DNA of 63,542 nucleotides, counting the filler, from Pseudobdellovibrionaceae bacterium (GTDB taxonomy: Bacteria > Bdellovibrionota > Bdellovibrionia > Bdellovibrionales > UBA1609): the NCBI GenBank assembly GCA_030591685.1. It is 9 parts of 9 records of this genome, joined end to end, with 100 filler letters (N's around TTAATTAATTAA, not from the genome) between each part and the next. Parts side by side here need not be neighbours in the genome. Positions count along the whole stretch, not along the records: positions 13,102 to 22,401 come from JAUVAX010000065.1; positions 22,502 to 29,861 come from JAUVAX010000075.1; positions 29,962 to 50,589 come from JAUVAX010000038.1; 6 more parts are not named here. The stretch is one strand, 5' to 3'. A program made the position numbers and the translations under genes. Positions 19,636-30,539 of the stretch are shown piece by piece. A model generated the notes under the pieces. It saw only the letters and a list, made by a program, of their open reading frames with translations. It ran no database searches and was not told the DNA's origin. Positions within the stretch are counted from its first letter, which is position 1. The number at the start of each line of letters is the position of its first letter.

Positions 19636-20952
19636 ATGTCCTTTCCTAGTAAATTAGACACTAAAATTGTTGTCGATACTAACGTTATACTTTTTGATGC
19701 CATGGCTTTAAAAAAGTTTCCAGCAGCAGATATACATATACCCTTTGCCGTGATCGAAGAAATTGACCGATTTAAACGCGACATGGGTGAAAACGGCAGA
19801 AATGCTCGGCATTTTAGCCGTTTCATAGATGTATTAAGGTCTAAAGGCACGCTTTCACAAGGGGTTAAGTTAGACTCAGGGTCTTACATATATATAACCA
19901 TAGATTTTAAGTCAGAGGCTGTAGCTAACGGCATGAGGGACAACAATGATAATCGTATTTTGGGGACGGCTTTAGCGCTGCAAAAAGAATTCCCTGACTC
20001 GGATGTCTCGCTAGTTTCAAAAGATATTAACTTGCGTATTAAGGCCGATGTATTTGGTTTAAAGGCTAAAGACTATGAGCCCGTATCAGACACATATGAG
20101 GACACCTACTTAGGGGTTAAAGAGTTAGAAGTATCAAGTGCTGACATTGATCAGTTTTATAATAAAAAATCAATCGAACTTGAGGATAAATTGTACGCCA
20201 ATCAGTACATAATAATGCGTGACCAAGCTAACCGCAATCATAGCGCTATTGGTAGGTACTCTGACAAAGACAAGTGTGTTGTGCCATTAATTACCCCGGC
20301 GGATAGTGTGTGGGGTATTCACCCCAGAAATATGGAGCAAAGCTTTGCTCTAGACTGCCTCTTAAATGATGATATTAAATTTGTTTCTTTAGTCGGTAAA
20401 GCGGGGACGGGTAAAACTTTAATGGCCATTGCCGCAGGTCTATCAAAAACTCTAGATGAGGGCATATTTCAAAAACTACTAGTCAGTCGACCTATATTTC
20501 CAATGGGTAGAGATATTGGTTTTTTACCTGGAGATATTGGTGAAAAACTGAACCCTTGGATGCAGCCTATTTTTGATAACGTTGAATTCTTAATGGGCGA
20601 GGGTAAAAAAGCCGCCGGTCGGGCTCAAGAGTTGATTAACCAAGGCATGTTAAACATAGAGCCGCTAACTTATATTCGCGGCCGTAGCATACCAAATCAG
20701 TATTTGATTGTCGATGAGGCTCAAAATCTTTCGCCTCATGAAATCAAAACGATAGTTACAAGAGCCGGAAGTGGCACCAAGGTTATCTTAACAGGGGACC
20801 CTTACCAAATAGACAACCCCTACGTAGATGCTGCTAACTCAGGGCTTATGTATGCCGTTGAACGCTTTAAGGGTGAGAATATAGCAGCGCACATTACTCT
20901 CGTAAAAGGTGAACGCTCAGAACTGGCTGAACTCGCAGCTAATATACTCTAG
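19636..20952 (+). CDS. PIN-PhoH fusion protein (PhoH2 type)
   Basis: VVDTNV PIN domain; GKAGTGKT, GFLPG, YIRGRS, DEAQN, GDPYQID. Confidence 0.95.
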   Translation: MSFPSKLDTKIVVDTNVILFDAMALKKFPAADIHIPFAVIEEIDRFKRDMGENGRNARHFSRFIDVLRSKGTLSQGVKLDSGSYIYITIDFKSEAVANGMRDNNDNRILGTALALQKEFPDSDVSLVSKDINLRIKADVFGLKAKDYEPVSDTYEDTYLGVKELEVSSADIDQFYNKKSIELEDKLYANQYIIMRDQANRNHSAIGRYSDKDKCVVPLITPADSVWGIHPRNMEQSFALDCLLNDDIKFVSLVGKAGTGKTLMAIAAGLSKTLDEGIFQKLLVSRPIFPMGRDIGFLPGDIGEKLNPWMQPIFDNVEFLMGEGKKAAGRAQELINQGMLNIEPLTYIRGRSIPNQYLIVDEAQNLSPHEIKTIVTRAGSGTKVILTGDPYQIDNPYVDAANSGLMYAVERFKGENIAAHITLVKGERSELAELAANIL

Positions 20953-21117
20953 ATCATTAAGGGCTCCCTTTAAGCGGGGGCCTCTAAGGTGACAATACGT
21001 GTCTCTTTTGGGCTGTAAAAGTGTAAAATATTCATCAGTAAATTCAAATACTTATGTGTTTTTGCTTTGAATTCTTGGCGCGCATCTTGCCTCTGTATAG
21101 AGGTAAGGAGCCGAACT

Positions 21118-21930
21118 ATGAACTATAAAACATGCCCACAGTGTAAGAAGCTAATAAACTCTGATCGCAGCTTTGGGGGTGTTTCTATCTGCCAGGCCTG
21201 TGGCTGGACACAGTCAAGCAGAGAAAAAGGCGTAAAATCACTAGCGCTAATAAGTTATGCCCTAAAGGGATTAGTTATCGGGTCGGTATTTTTACTTTCC
21301 TTGTCTTATATTAAATATTGGGACACGTATGCCCTTGAAGCCCTGCCCCTTCAGGTTAAAAAAATCACAGGGATTGCAACGTCGGACGAGCTATTTACCC
21401 TTGTAGAGCTATGTGAGAAAAGAAAAAACCTTCGGTGTGCAATTAACTACTCTGAGGACTTAATTAAACGAAATCAAGGCAGTTTAAGGGCCCTCGAGAA
21501 GCGTTCACATAATCTATACCTTCATAATGAAAGTGAGTTGGCCATGACCTCCTATGAGGCCTATTTTAAGTATGGTGGCAAGGCCGTTCAGGCACTTTAC
21601 GAGTACGCTCGATTGTTGAAAAAAAATGGACATCTTAAAAGCTCTATTGTTCAGTTTGAAAAAGTAATAAAAGCTAAACCAGATATGTTACAAATTACTA
21701 TCCTAGAGCATTATATAAAAGCCCTTATTGAGGACAAGCAATTTGTAAAAGCTAAAAAGACAATAGAGTATGTACAAAAAAATGCATCAAAAACGTTTAA
21801 TTTTATGGAGACCGATTTAAACAAGTTAATCGTTCAGTTAAACCCAAAAGAAACGTCGTTAAAAAAACCAAACTCTCACTTAAAAAGAAGCAAGAGAGCC
21901 TATGTTTTGCCTGAAAAAAGGACCAGCTGA
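21118..21930 (+). CDS. Zinc-ribbon / TM / TPR-like protein
   Basis: CPQC..CQAC, one TM helix, TPR-like helices. Confidence 0.75.
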   Translation: MNYKTCPQCKKLINSDRSFGGVSICQACGWTQSSREKGVKSLALISYALKGLVIGSVFLLSLSYIKYWDTYALEALPLQVKKITGIATSDELFTLVELCEKRKNLRCAINYSEDLIKRNQGSLRALEKRSHNLYLHNESELAMTSYEAYFKYGGKAVQALYEYARLLKKNGHLKSSIVQFEKVIKAKPDMLQITILEHYIKALIEDKQFVKAKKTIEYVQKNASKTFNFMETDLNKLIVQLNPKETSLKKPNSHLKRSKRAYVLPEKRTS

Positions 21931-22185
21931 CTTTAAAAGAAAACATGACAGCGTTGTAATGTTAAGTCTTCGTTAAAGGCATCTGTTTTAAACTATATTT
22001 TCAACAAAAAATTCACTTAAAATATTAAGTTTATGTGTAATCACTAGCTGTGGAGTTAATGTTTCGCTAAGGTTATTGTGCCTGAGGGTTTCGCCAGGCA
22101 TAGGTAGAGGACTAAGAGATATAACTTAATATAAGCCAAAGTTAAAATTCAATTATATTGAGCAATTATATGAGGCTAAAGTGGT

Positions 22186-22401
22186 ATGAGTACTTATAGA
22201 CATAATATAATTATAATTTTAATGTCGTCCTTAGTGTTTACGAGCTCTCAGAGTCTCTTCGCAGACATGTGTAGTGGAGTTTTTAATACAAAAAACCCCT
22301 CGTCTATGCAGGTAAAATTTGTAAAGTTCCCAGAATTAGGCTTATATGTTCAACAGATACTACAGGACCCATTTTCAGCGGTTAAAACTAAAAAATTAGT
22401 G
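22186..22401 (+). CDS. Secreted hypothetical protein, 3'-truncated
   Basis: Signal peptide; runs into linker. Confidence 0.5.
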
Positions 22402-22642
22402 NNNNNNNNNNNNNNNNNNNNNNNNNNNNNNNNNNNNNNNNNNNNTTAATTAATTAANNNNNNNNNNNNNNNNNNNNNNNNNNNNNNNNNNNNNNNNNNN
22501 NCGACCAATTTCACTACAAAATTTTTTATGTAGGTATTTGATATTACTCGTTCCTTCTGTTTCCATGGCGTCTGTTAGAATAAATCTTGTAGAATTGTAG
22601 ATGCACCACTTTAAATCCTTTATATACTGAAGGCCTACTAAA

Positions 22643-23629
22643 TTGATTTTGCAACTTAAAGACATAGAATCAGCACTACATAGAATAAAGCCTTTTATTA
22701 ATAAAACCCCTGTATGTTCACCTTCAATACTCAATGATTACCTCGGTCATAATATTTACTTTAAAGCTGAGTGATTTCAAAAAACTGGGGCCTTTAAAGC
22801 TAGAGGAGCCTTAAATACACTCTTATGGCTAGATGAGCACAATGAACTTCCTAAAAAAGTTGTCGCCTATAGTTCTGGTAATCATGCTCAAGCTGTTGCA
22901 TGGGCTACACAAAAACTAAAATGCCATGCAAAAATCTTTATGCCTTCCAATGTATCCTCAATAAAACTGCAGGCAACAAAGGCTTATGGTGCGGAAGTTG
23001 TATTATGCAAAAGCCGACAAGAAGCTGAAGATAGAGCTGAAAATGAAGTTTCTAATGGAGCATTCTTGCTACCACCATTTGATCATGATCAAGTTATTTG
23101 TGGGCAAGGAACGGCCTGCCTAGAGGCTCTAAAGCAAATTGAAGCACCAATTGATGCCGTATTTGCCCCCTGTGGCGGCGGAGGCCTTCTTTCTGGAACA
23201 TGGATTGCCGCAAAGGGCTTCAACAAAAGTATAGAGGTTCATGGTGCCGAACCAATTCAAGCAAATGACGTTGCAAGGTCATTAAAAAGCGGAGGCCTTT
23301 TTCGGTGGACAGACTCTCCTAATACTTTAGCTGATGGAGCTAAAACATTGAGTGCTACTCCAAGAACATTGGAATACCTAAAAAAGTTGGATGAACTATG
23401 TGAAGTCTCTGAATCTGACATTGTGTTTTGGACACAGTGGTTAACACACCTTCTGAAATTGCATTGTGAACCAACCTCTGCCTTAGGTATGGTTGCTGCG
23501 TACAAATGGATAGAGAAGCAAACTCATAAAAAAAATATTCTCATTATTTTATCAGGAGGAAACATAGATCAAAAAACTTCTGCTAAAATATGGGAAGAGG
23601 ATTTTTTAAATAATTTTCAACCCAATTAA
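22643..23629 (+). pseudogene. PLP-dependent serine/threonine dehydratase with in-frame TGA at 22772-22774
   Basis: KTPV...YFKAE*FQKTGAFKARGA...SSGNHAQA in frame with the 22940 ORF (PFDH, GQGT, GGGGL, EPTSA, LSGGN). Confidence 0.88.
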
Positions 23630-23835
23630 ATCAACTCAATTCAGGTGCCAGGCATATTTTTGTCTAGTAACAACTCAAGAGTTTTTTGAACGAAGAGCAA
23701 ATTCATCATATTTTTGAAAAAAAATGCCCCGAGTTAGTTAAGTATAAAGTTTCAAACTTATCCCCCCTACAGAGGAGCTAAATAAAGATACTCGTTAACA
23801 CTTTAGCTTTAAAATATTTAGCTTATGCTGTTTTT

Positions 23836-24141
23836 TTAATTGCACGTCGCTCTGCGCGGGTCTGATGAAGCAGCGTTATATTTGTAATAAAATGTTTGCT
23901 CGTTCGTTAGCCATAAACCTGTTGACCAACGACCGTTATCTCGTAGAAAAAATGAACTGTGTGATTCGTAGTCCCCTTTCTTTCTGTAACAAATTGAAAC
24001 CTCTAGATCCTGGCCACAGTTATTCTCTAAAACAATCGTTGGGCTGTTAGACCTCGAATTTTCAATGTAGTCATTAATACAATCCGCGTTTACGGCCTGT
24101 GATAAGCTAAAAGTCATGACAAGTAGTATTGCTTTTAACAT
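23836..24141 (-). CDS. Small secreted Cys-containing hypothetical protein
   Basis: AAGGAG RBS, signal peptide, four Cys. Confidence 0.7.
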   Translation of the reverse strand: MLKAILLVMTFSLSQAVNADCINDYIENSRSNSPTIVLENNCGQDLEVSICYRKKGDYESHSSFFLRDNGRWSTGLWLTNEQTFYYKYNAASSDPRRATCN

Positions 24142-24315
24142 TTTTTATCTCCTTTAAATTTATAGTTAAAAGATATGTACCTTACGTTAAAATCAAGTCA
24201 AAGATCGCTTTTGCTCTTATAAAGATTTTCATAAATTATAAAATTTATACAGCTGTTAGCTCTTCAGGTATAGGGGTAAATGGGCCTCTCTCCCAACAAA
24301 AAAACACTGTTATCT

Positions 24316-25902
24316 TTAATTTAGCTGATGTTTTCGGTAATCATCTATGCCCACAAAATAGTCTGGATCTTCAAGGACATTTACATCACAAATTTTCTCT
24401 GCCTTTTTAATCAGACTTACACAGTCCTTGCTTAAATGTCTGATGTGAATGTTTTTACCCATTTTAGTATAGGATTCAGCAATTTTATTTATGGCCTCAA
24501 TGGCAGAGAGATCCATAATTCTTGATTCTTTAAAATCAATGATTACCTCTAAAGGGTCCTCTTCTGGCTCAAACTTATTTAAAAAAAGTGATGTTGATGC
24601 AAAAAATAATGGTCCATAAACCTCATAATGAGGGATTCCATGCTCATCGACAGATTTTCTAACTCGAATACGCAGAGCATTCTCCCATGAAAAAATTAAT
24701 GCAGATATTACCACTCCAGAAATTACAGCTACGGCTAAATCAAAAACAACGGTTAATAAAGTTACAATTATAATTACGGCAATATCCCACTTGGGCGCTT
24801 TGTTAATAATATTAAATGTGTTCCAAGCAAAAGTTTTAAGAACAACAAAAAACATCACCCCAACTAATGCTGAAATAGGTACGGCTTCAATATACATGGA
24901 GCCAAATAGAATAAAGAATAAAAGTGTAATAGAGGCAACAATACCCGAAAGCCTACCACGACCTCCGGAGGTGATATTAATAATACTCTGGCCGATCATT
25001 GCACAGCCCCCCATACCTCCAAATATACCATTAATAAAATTTGCGGCTCCCTGGGCTACACACTCACGGTTTCCGTGACCACGTGTTTTTGTAAGTTCAT
25101 CAATTAAGTTTAAAGTCATAAGGGACTCAATTAAGCCAATCGCCGCTAAAATTAGAGCATAAGGCATGACAAACGTTAAGGTAGCAACAGTAAATGGCAC
25201 CTGAGGAAAGGCAAACGAAGGGAGAGTCCCCTTTATCCCATCACCACCATTTTGTTGAATAAAAGAAAGAACTGTCTCTGTATTTAGACCTGTAAAGTAC
25301 ACTAAAACGCTAACTACTATTATTGCTATAAGAGCCCCAGGAGCTTTTTTATGAATTTTTGGAATTGTAAACATTAAAATTAAAGTTACCCCCACCAAAC
25401 TAAGCATTAACCACAGGTCATAACCTTTTATCCAGACTCCACCCGCTTTAAACATGTTTAGTTGTGATAAAAAAATAATTATTGCTAATCCATTTACAAA
25501 GCCCATCATAACTGGCCTTGGTACTAATCGAATAAATTTACCTAGTTTAAAAGCACCGGCTAAAATTTGTAAAAGGCCCACTAAAAGAAGGGTGAAAAAT
25601 AAATACTGCAGGCCCATATAGGCCCCGTCAGCCCCTAAAGCATTACCCTCACTGACCAAGCTGACCATAACTACCGCCATCGCGCCAGTTGCACCAGAAA
25701 TCATACCCGGGCGGCCACCAAAAATAGAGGTAATAAGGCTCATTATAAAAGCACCATATAGCCCCACTAGTGGAGACACCCCTGCTACAAAAGCAAAAGC
25801 TACAGCCTCTGGAACAAGCGCCAAGGCTACTGTTATGCCAGAGAAAATATCATTTTGAACACTCGGTTTTGCCGAGGCAATTAGTGTTGGGTTTGATTTC
25901 AT
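24316..25902 (-). CDS. SulP-family inorganic anion transporter with STAS domain
   Basis: ALVPEAVAFA, GGRPGMISGATGA, GGCAMIGQS, GPLFFAS. Confidence 0.95.
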   Translation of the reverse strand: MKSNPTLIASAKPSVQNDIFSGITVALALVPEAVAFAFVAGVSPLVGLYGAFIMSLITSIFGGRPGMISGATGAMAVVMVSLVSEGNALGADGAYMGLQYLFFTLLLVGLLQILAGAFKLGKFIRLVPRPVMMGFVNGLAIIIFLSQLNMFKAGGVWIKGYDLWLMLSLVGVTLILMFTIPKIHKKAPGALIAIIVVSVLVYFTGLNTETVLSFIQQNGGDGIKGTLPSFAFPQVPFTVATLTFVMPYALILAAIGLIESLMTLNLIDELTKTRGHGNRECVAQGAANFINGIFGGMGGCAMIGQSIINITSGGRGRLSGIVASITLLFFILFGSMYIEAVPISALVGVMFFVVLKTFAWNTFNIINKAPKWDIAVIIIVTLLTVVFDLAVAVISGVVISALIFSWENALRIRVRKSVDEHGIPHYEVYGPLFFASTSLFLNKFEPEEDPLEVIIDFKESRIMDLSAIEAINKIAESYTKMGKNIHIRHLSKDCVSLIKKAEKICDVNVLEDPDYFVGIDDYRKHQLN

Positions 25903-26132
25903 TTAAAGTCCTAATTACTTGTAAGTGACAAATGGATAATAATAAATCCGATGTTAATTTCTATAATGAATAAATAAATGTGCAACTTATAAAGTCACTT
26001 GCGAAATTAAAACAATTTTTGGTCCCACTATGAACCCCTCATTTTTTATGTTGATTGACCTGTAATCTAACCAAAATAAATATTAAGGGGCTTAAAGCTT
26101 ACTCCAGCGCATATAGCGACGTACTGCTAACC

Positions 26133-27047
26133 TTAAAGCTCCAGATCCATAGATTTAAGCATTTCAGACATATTTGCTAGATTACCGGATAAAATCACAC
26201 GATTACCTTCTTTTAACTTTCCCAGCGACCTTATGTACTTTTGACCCAGCTCTAACTTCATAGCGCTATGGCCGCCTTTACCAACAAGCGCTTGCCCCAC
26301 TTTAGTGATTGACTCGGCAGTGGCTTCGCCTAGAGCAAAAATCTCTTGGGCCTTGCCCTGAGCCTCATTAATGCGTTTTTGCATTTCGCCCTCAGATTTA
26401 TTGATCATCTCAGTCATTAGCCCCTCAGAGGTATTAATCAATGATTGTTTCTCTCCTACACTTTGCTCTAAAATGGCGCGACGGTTTCGCTCAGCTGTTA
26501 CCTGCTTTTCCATGGATTGGCGTACAGACTCGGGAGGGATAAGGTTTTTGATCTCAAAACGTAAAATTTTAACACCCCACTTTTCAGCAGCGTGATCTAG
26601 TACGTTTACAACTTTTGCACTTATGGCCTCTCGCTCTTCAAAGGTGCGGTCGAGGTCGAGAGTTCCGATTATGGCTCGAGTTGTTGTCTGCGCCAACTGC
26701 ACAGCAGCAAAGCGAAAGTTAGTTATACCGTAACTGGCCTTTGTTGAATCAAAGACCTGCATGTAGATAACGCCGTCTACCTCTACCTGGATTTCATCTT
26801 TAGTAAAGCAACTTTGAGGAGGCACCTCCATGGTGTGCTCTTTAAGGTCCTGAGTATAAGCAACCTTATCCACAAATGGAATCATCACATGAAAACCAGC
26901 TCTGAGAGTTAAATGGTATTTGCCAAAACGCTCTACAATAAATTCAGTTTGCGCCGGCACAAGGCGAATAGAGCGAAAAAGAGAGGAGAGTACAAAAAGA
27001 AATAAGCCCCCTAATACAACAGTAAAAAACATAAGATCTAAAGACAT
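26133..27047 (-). CDS. SPFH/stomatin-like (QmcA/paraslipin) protein
   Basis: VERFGKY, LAQTT.R, WGVKILRFEIK. Confidence 0.92.
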   Translation of the reverse strand: MSLDLMFFTVVLGGLFLFVLSSLFRSIRLVPAQTEFIVERFGKYHLTLRAGFHVMIPFVDKVAYTQDLKEHTMEVPPQSCFTKDEIQVEVDGVIYMQVFDSTKASYGITNFRFAAVQLAQTTTRAIIGTLDLDRTFEEREAISAKVVNVLDHAAEKWGVKILRFEIKNLIPPESVRQSMEKQVTAERNRRAILEQSVGEKQSLINTSEGLMTEMINKSEGEMQKRINEAQGKAQEIFALGEATAESITKVGQALVGKGGHSAMKLELGQKYIRSLGKLKEGNRVILSGNLANMSEMLKSMDLEL

Positions 27048-27062
27048 TTTTTTATTCTCCTA

Positions 27063-27974
27063 TTAATTAACTAATGAGCCTGTTTGGGTTTTGAGTTCTT
27101 CAACAATACCTTTGAAAGTGGCTATCTCCGCTGGGAAAACAGATACATTGCCGCCACGAATAACCTGACTAAGTTCGTCAATGTATTGGTCCACCATTTT
27201 CATTTTTAAGGCCTCTTTGCCCCCGGGTTGCTCGATAGCGTTACCAACCATATTTAAACTCTTTGCAGTGGCATCAGCTATAAGTTTAATGGATTCGGCG
27301 CGGCCGGTAGCCTCATTAATTTGTTTTTGTTTAGAGCCCTGTGAAAGGTTCACTGCCATTTGCCTTTGCCCCTCTGAAACATTAATTAATTTTTCTTTTT
27401 CAGCCGTAGCGCGAGTAATTTCAGCGCGCTTTTCACGCTCGGCCTCCATTTGCTTTTCGAGGGTTTCAACCACATTCCGGGTTGGCGAAATATCTTTAAC
27501 TTCGTAGCGTAAAACTTTAACACCCCAAGGGTCTGAGGCTTTGTCGATTTCAGATATAATCTTAGAATTGACCTCTTCGCGTTCAGAAAATATTTTACCA
27601 AGAGTAATTTTACCCACTTCGGAGCGCATTGTTGTTTGAGCTAAGTTTATACTAGCCGCCAAGTAATTGCCAATACCGTAGCTGGCCCTTTTAGCATCCA
27701 TCACTTGAAGGTATAATAAGCCGTCCACTTCGACTTGGATATTATCGCTAGTGATGACACTTTGTGAGGGGATGTCGATAACTTGCTCACGAACTTCTTG
27801 CTTGTAGGCCGCTTTATCAAAAAACGGGATCAAAAAAAAGATCCCAGGCTTTAAACACCGTTGAAATTTACCCAGACGCTCTACGATAACGTTTTCGCGC
27901 TCGGGTACAATTATAATGGTGTTGTAAAGTATTAGACCTATGACGATAACAATAATTGATGCCGTAGTCAGCAT
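27063..27974 (-). CDS. SPFH/stomatin-like (QmcA/paraslipin) protein
   Basis: VERLGKF, LAQTTMRSEVG, WGVKVLRYEVKDI, QMEAEREKRA. Confidence 0.92.
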   Translation of the reverse strand: MLTTASIIVIVIGLILYNTIIIVPERENVIVERLGKFQRCLKPGIFFLIPFFDKAAYKQEVREQVIDIPSQSVITSDNIQVEVDGLLYLQVMDAKRASYGIGNYLAASINLAQTTMRSEVGKITLGKIFSEREEVNSKIISEIDKASDPWGVKVLRYEVKDISPTRNVVETLEKQMEAEREKRAEITRATAEKEKLINVSEGQRQMAVNLSQGSKQKQINEATGRAESIKLIADATAKSLNMVGNAIEQPGGKEALKMKMVDQYIDELSQVIRGGNVSVFPAEIATFKGIVEELKTQTGSLVN

Positions 27975-27977
27975 AGC

Positions 27978-28454
27978 TTAACTCTCCTCTTTTGTTTTTT
28001 CTTTTATTAATTCTCTTTCGACAATCCACGAAATATTTTTACGGCCCTTAATTTGGACCTGTTCACCTTTTTTAATATCATCTTCACTGTTTGATCGAGC
28101 TGGCCAAGCAGACCCACCATGACGAATACGACCACTTTTGCCCTTTGGTATGGTCTCAACAACCTCGACCACTTGGCCGATCATGGCTTCGTCCTCATTA
28201 ATGTTGAGTTTTTCTTTGTCACTAGGGTAGTAGCGCACGACCACTAGGCGCAGAGAAAATATATAAACTGTTGAACTGATAAACCAAGTGATTAATTGGT
28301 GAGCAAGGTTGTCGATATGGCCAAAATGCATCATAGCCGCCACCGTCAGCGCTCCAAGCCCCAAAAACACTGAAACCAAGCCCGGTAAAACCATTTCACC
28401 AATGATTAATACAGCGCCAAAGCCAAGCCAAAAATAAAGCATCGTTTCAAACAT
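27978..28454 (-). CDS. NfeD/YbbJ-family membrane protein
   Basis: Three TM helices then OB-fold GRIRHGGSAWPARS; upstream of SPFH genes. Confidence 0.88.
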   Translation of the reverse strand: MFETMLYFWLGFGAVLIIGEMVLPGLVSVFLGLGALTVAAMMHFGHIDNLAHQLITWFISSTVYIFSLRLVVVRYYPSDKEKLNINEDEAMIGQVVEVVETIPKGKSGRIRHGGSAWPARSNSEDDIKKGEQVQIKGRKNISWIVERELIKEKTKEES

Positions 28455-28749
28455 TTTAAGATGGTAACGAGTTAAGGGACAAAACCCAAACTATATATAC
28501 TTAGTAACGCTTGGGTCTATACCCTCTGAATTGAACCTTTATATAAGGGCTATCGATCATGTACTCATGATCTCTGCCTAATTATAGTTCAAAACAGAAA
28601 GTGAAATGCTATATTTTTAAAACTACTTTAACTAAAGACCCTTTTAAAAAATACCTGATTAAATTTTAAATTAGGTGGTGCTGTTACGGGTAGTTTAAAG
28701 TTATTAAACGACAGTCCTGGGCTTTAACTAGGCCCGTTTACCCCTGCTG

Positions 28750-29247
28750 CTATTTATGAGTTGGTGTTATATTAACTTTTTCGTAGAAAACTTCGCGACC
28801 TTCATATCGAATGACCAACTCTCCCTGAACTGTACTCCCGCTATTTAATTGAATACCTGCTGGGTAAATTAACCAAACTGTAATCCACTTATATTTGCTA
28901 TTAACTAATTTGCTACAGTGTATCCCGTTAATAGAGCCTATAACATTAGCATTAAAACTAAATGTCTCGTCATCAAAAGATAAATTATAGCTACCCTTAC
29001 ATATGCCAAATTCTTTAGAGGTAAATTCAAGCTCTCCCATTTGACCAGCTACTTCATTAGGTCCATTGCTTCGCGCGATTCTATTGGCGATAGCTGTTAG
29101 GGTGAATTCTTTTATTGAATACCCAAAAAAGTTACCCTTGCTAGTAATGGTATAGGTACCTGCTGAGTTAGTATTTAAATCATCCCATGTGTCTGCAAAA
29201 GTGGTTAATGAGGTGATCGTCAATAGAATACTTATTAGTAGCTTCAC
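28750..29247 (-). CDS. Secreted hypothetical protein
   Basis: Signal peptide ending TFA-D; GTG start. Confidence 0.7.
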   Translation of the reverse strand: MKLLISILLTITSLTTFADTWDDLNTNSAGTYTITSKGNFFGYSIKEFTLTAIANRIARSNGPNEVAGQMGELEFTSKEFGICKGSYNLSFDDETFSFNANVIGSINGIHCSKLVNSKYKWITVWLIYPAGIQLNSGSTVQGELVIRYEGREVFYEKVNITPTHK

Positions 29248-29513
29248 GGTTTTCCCTTGTTTTAAAAATAGGTACCGTCACAAGGTCTTAGGATTCGCAG
29301 TTGTCCCTTAGCCGGCTACACTGTTTAATAATGTTGCAATAATAGCATGAAAACTCAAAACCCAGAGAAAACTGCTATGATTTAAGTGAGTTGTGAAAAG
29401 AAGTAAAAAGCCTCCAAATAGCTTGGTGTCGGAGCAAAACTCCTCTCATTATGATGTTAACTTTACCTCCAGTAAGAGGCTGGAATCACACTGAAATAAC
29501 CATTTCAACACTG

Positions 29514-29626
29514 CGTAGAGAAATTATGATTTAGCGTCTCCGTCCCTCTTTTTTCTCGTAGAGAAATTATGATTTAGCGTCTCCGTCCCTCTTTTTCGTC
29601 CCTCTTTTTCCTCTTTTTCTCTTTTT
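29514..29626. repeat. 43-bp tandem duplication containing CTCCGTCCCT, followed by progressively shorter copies
   Basis: CGTAGAGAAATTATGATTTAGCGTCTCCGTCCCTCTTTTT at 29514 and 29557, then CGTCCCTCTTTTT, CCTCTTTTT, CTCTTTTT. Confidence 0.9.
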
Positions 29627-29646
29627 GGTTAGATATATGTACAATC

Positions 29647-29861
29647 TAGACCCCTATATACTCCGGACAAATTAAGTGGCAAAATGGTCTAGGAGGTCCA
29701 GGTGGCAAATAAACAGTATACAGATGAGTTTAAGGCTCAAATTCTTAAAGAAGTTAAGCAAATCCATAATGTTAGCTTTGTAGCTCGCAAGCATAATATC
29801 TGCAGCAAAAACATTTATAATTGGGTAAAGGCGGAAGGCTCTAAAAGTAGAAATTCACACC
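29647..29861 (+). mobile_element. IS3-family element, left end and orfA start (CDS from 29702, truncated)
   Basis: KQYTDEFKAQILKE..VARKHNICSKNIYNWVK HTH; IRL-like ..GACCCCTATATACTCCGGACA; exact left boundary uncertain. Confidence 0.8.
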
Positions 29862-29961
29862 NNNNNNNNNNNNNNNNNNNNNNNNNNNNNNNNNNNNNNN
29901 NNNNNTTAATTAATTAANNNNNNNNNNNNNNNNNNNNNNNNNNNNNNNNNNNNNNNNNNNN

Positions 29962-30369
29962 AGAAGGCTCTGGGCCAAAATCTTGAGCACTGACGTTAGT
30001 GTCATTTGTAGATTGGGTGTTTTCATTAGAGGCATTTGTTCCGCCTAGAAATTGCACTGTGTTGGCGACGATTTCTGTGGTGTAGCGTTTTTGGCCCTGT
30101 TTATCTTCCCAAGAGCGTGTTTGTAAACGGCCCTCTAAATAGACCTGACGACCTTTACTTAAATAGCGTCCACAAAGTTCAGCTTGCTTGCCCCACACAA
30201 CAACTCTGTGCCATTCAGTGCGCTCTTGCTTTTGCCCTGTGTTTTTGTCATTCCAAGATTCACTCGTGGCAACACTGAGGGTGGCTACATTGCTCCCTGA
30301 TGAAATTTGTCGAACCTCTGGGTCTGATCCAAGGCGACCGATGATCATTACTTTATTAACTCCTGCCAT
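29962..30369 (-). CDS. ssb: Single-stranded DNA-binding protein, 3'-truncated
   Basis: [42 protein letters not shown]. Confidence 0.97.
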
Positions 30370-30539
30370 AATTTAACTCCTCTTTAGGTTTGTATTTTAT
30401 GTAATAGTTCTAAGGCTAATGCAAACGCTTATGCCATGCTAAATGTAAATTAGGCATAAATGAGAAGTTTTAAAGTCCGAATTTCGGAGATTATAGGGGA
30501 ACGTCGAATGATGCGGTGCAATGGAGCCATGGGGAGTGT

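Noticed and set aside
22772..22774. Alternative genetic code (TGA as Trp or Gly)
   Set aside because: Many intact genes in the window end in TGA and use TGG for Trp
29514..29626. Possible CRISPR array
   Set aside because: Only two adjacent copies, no unique spacers and no cas genes
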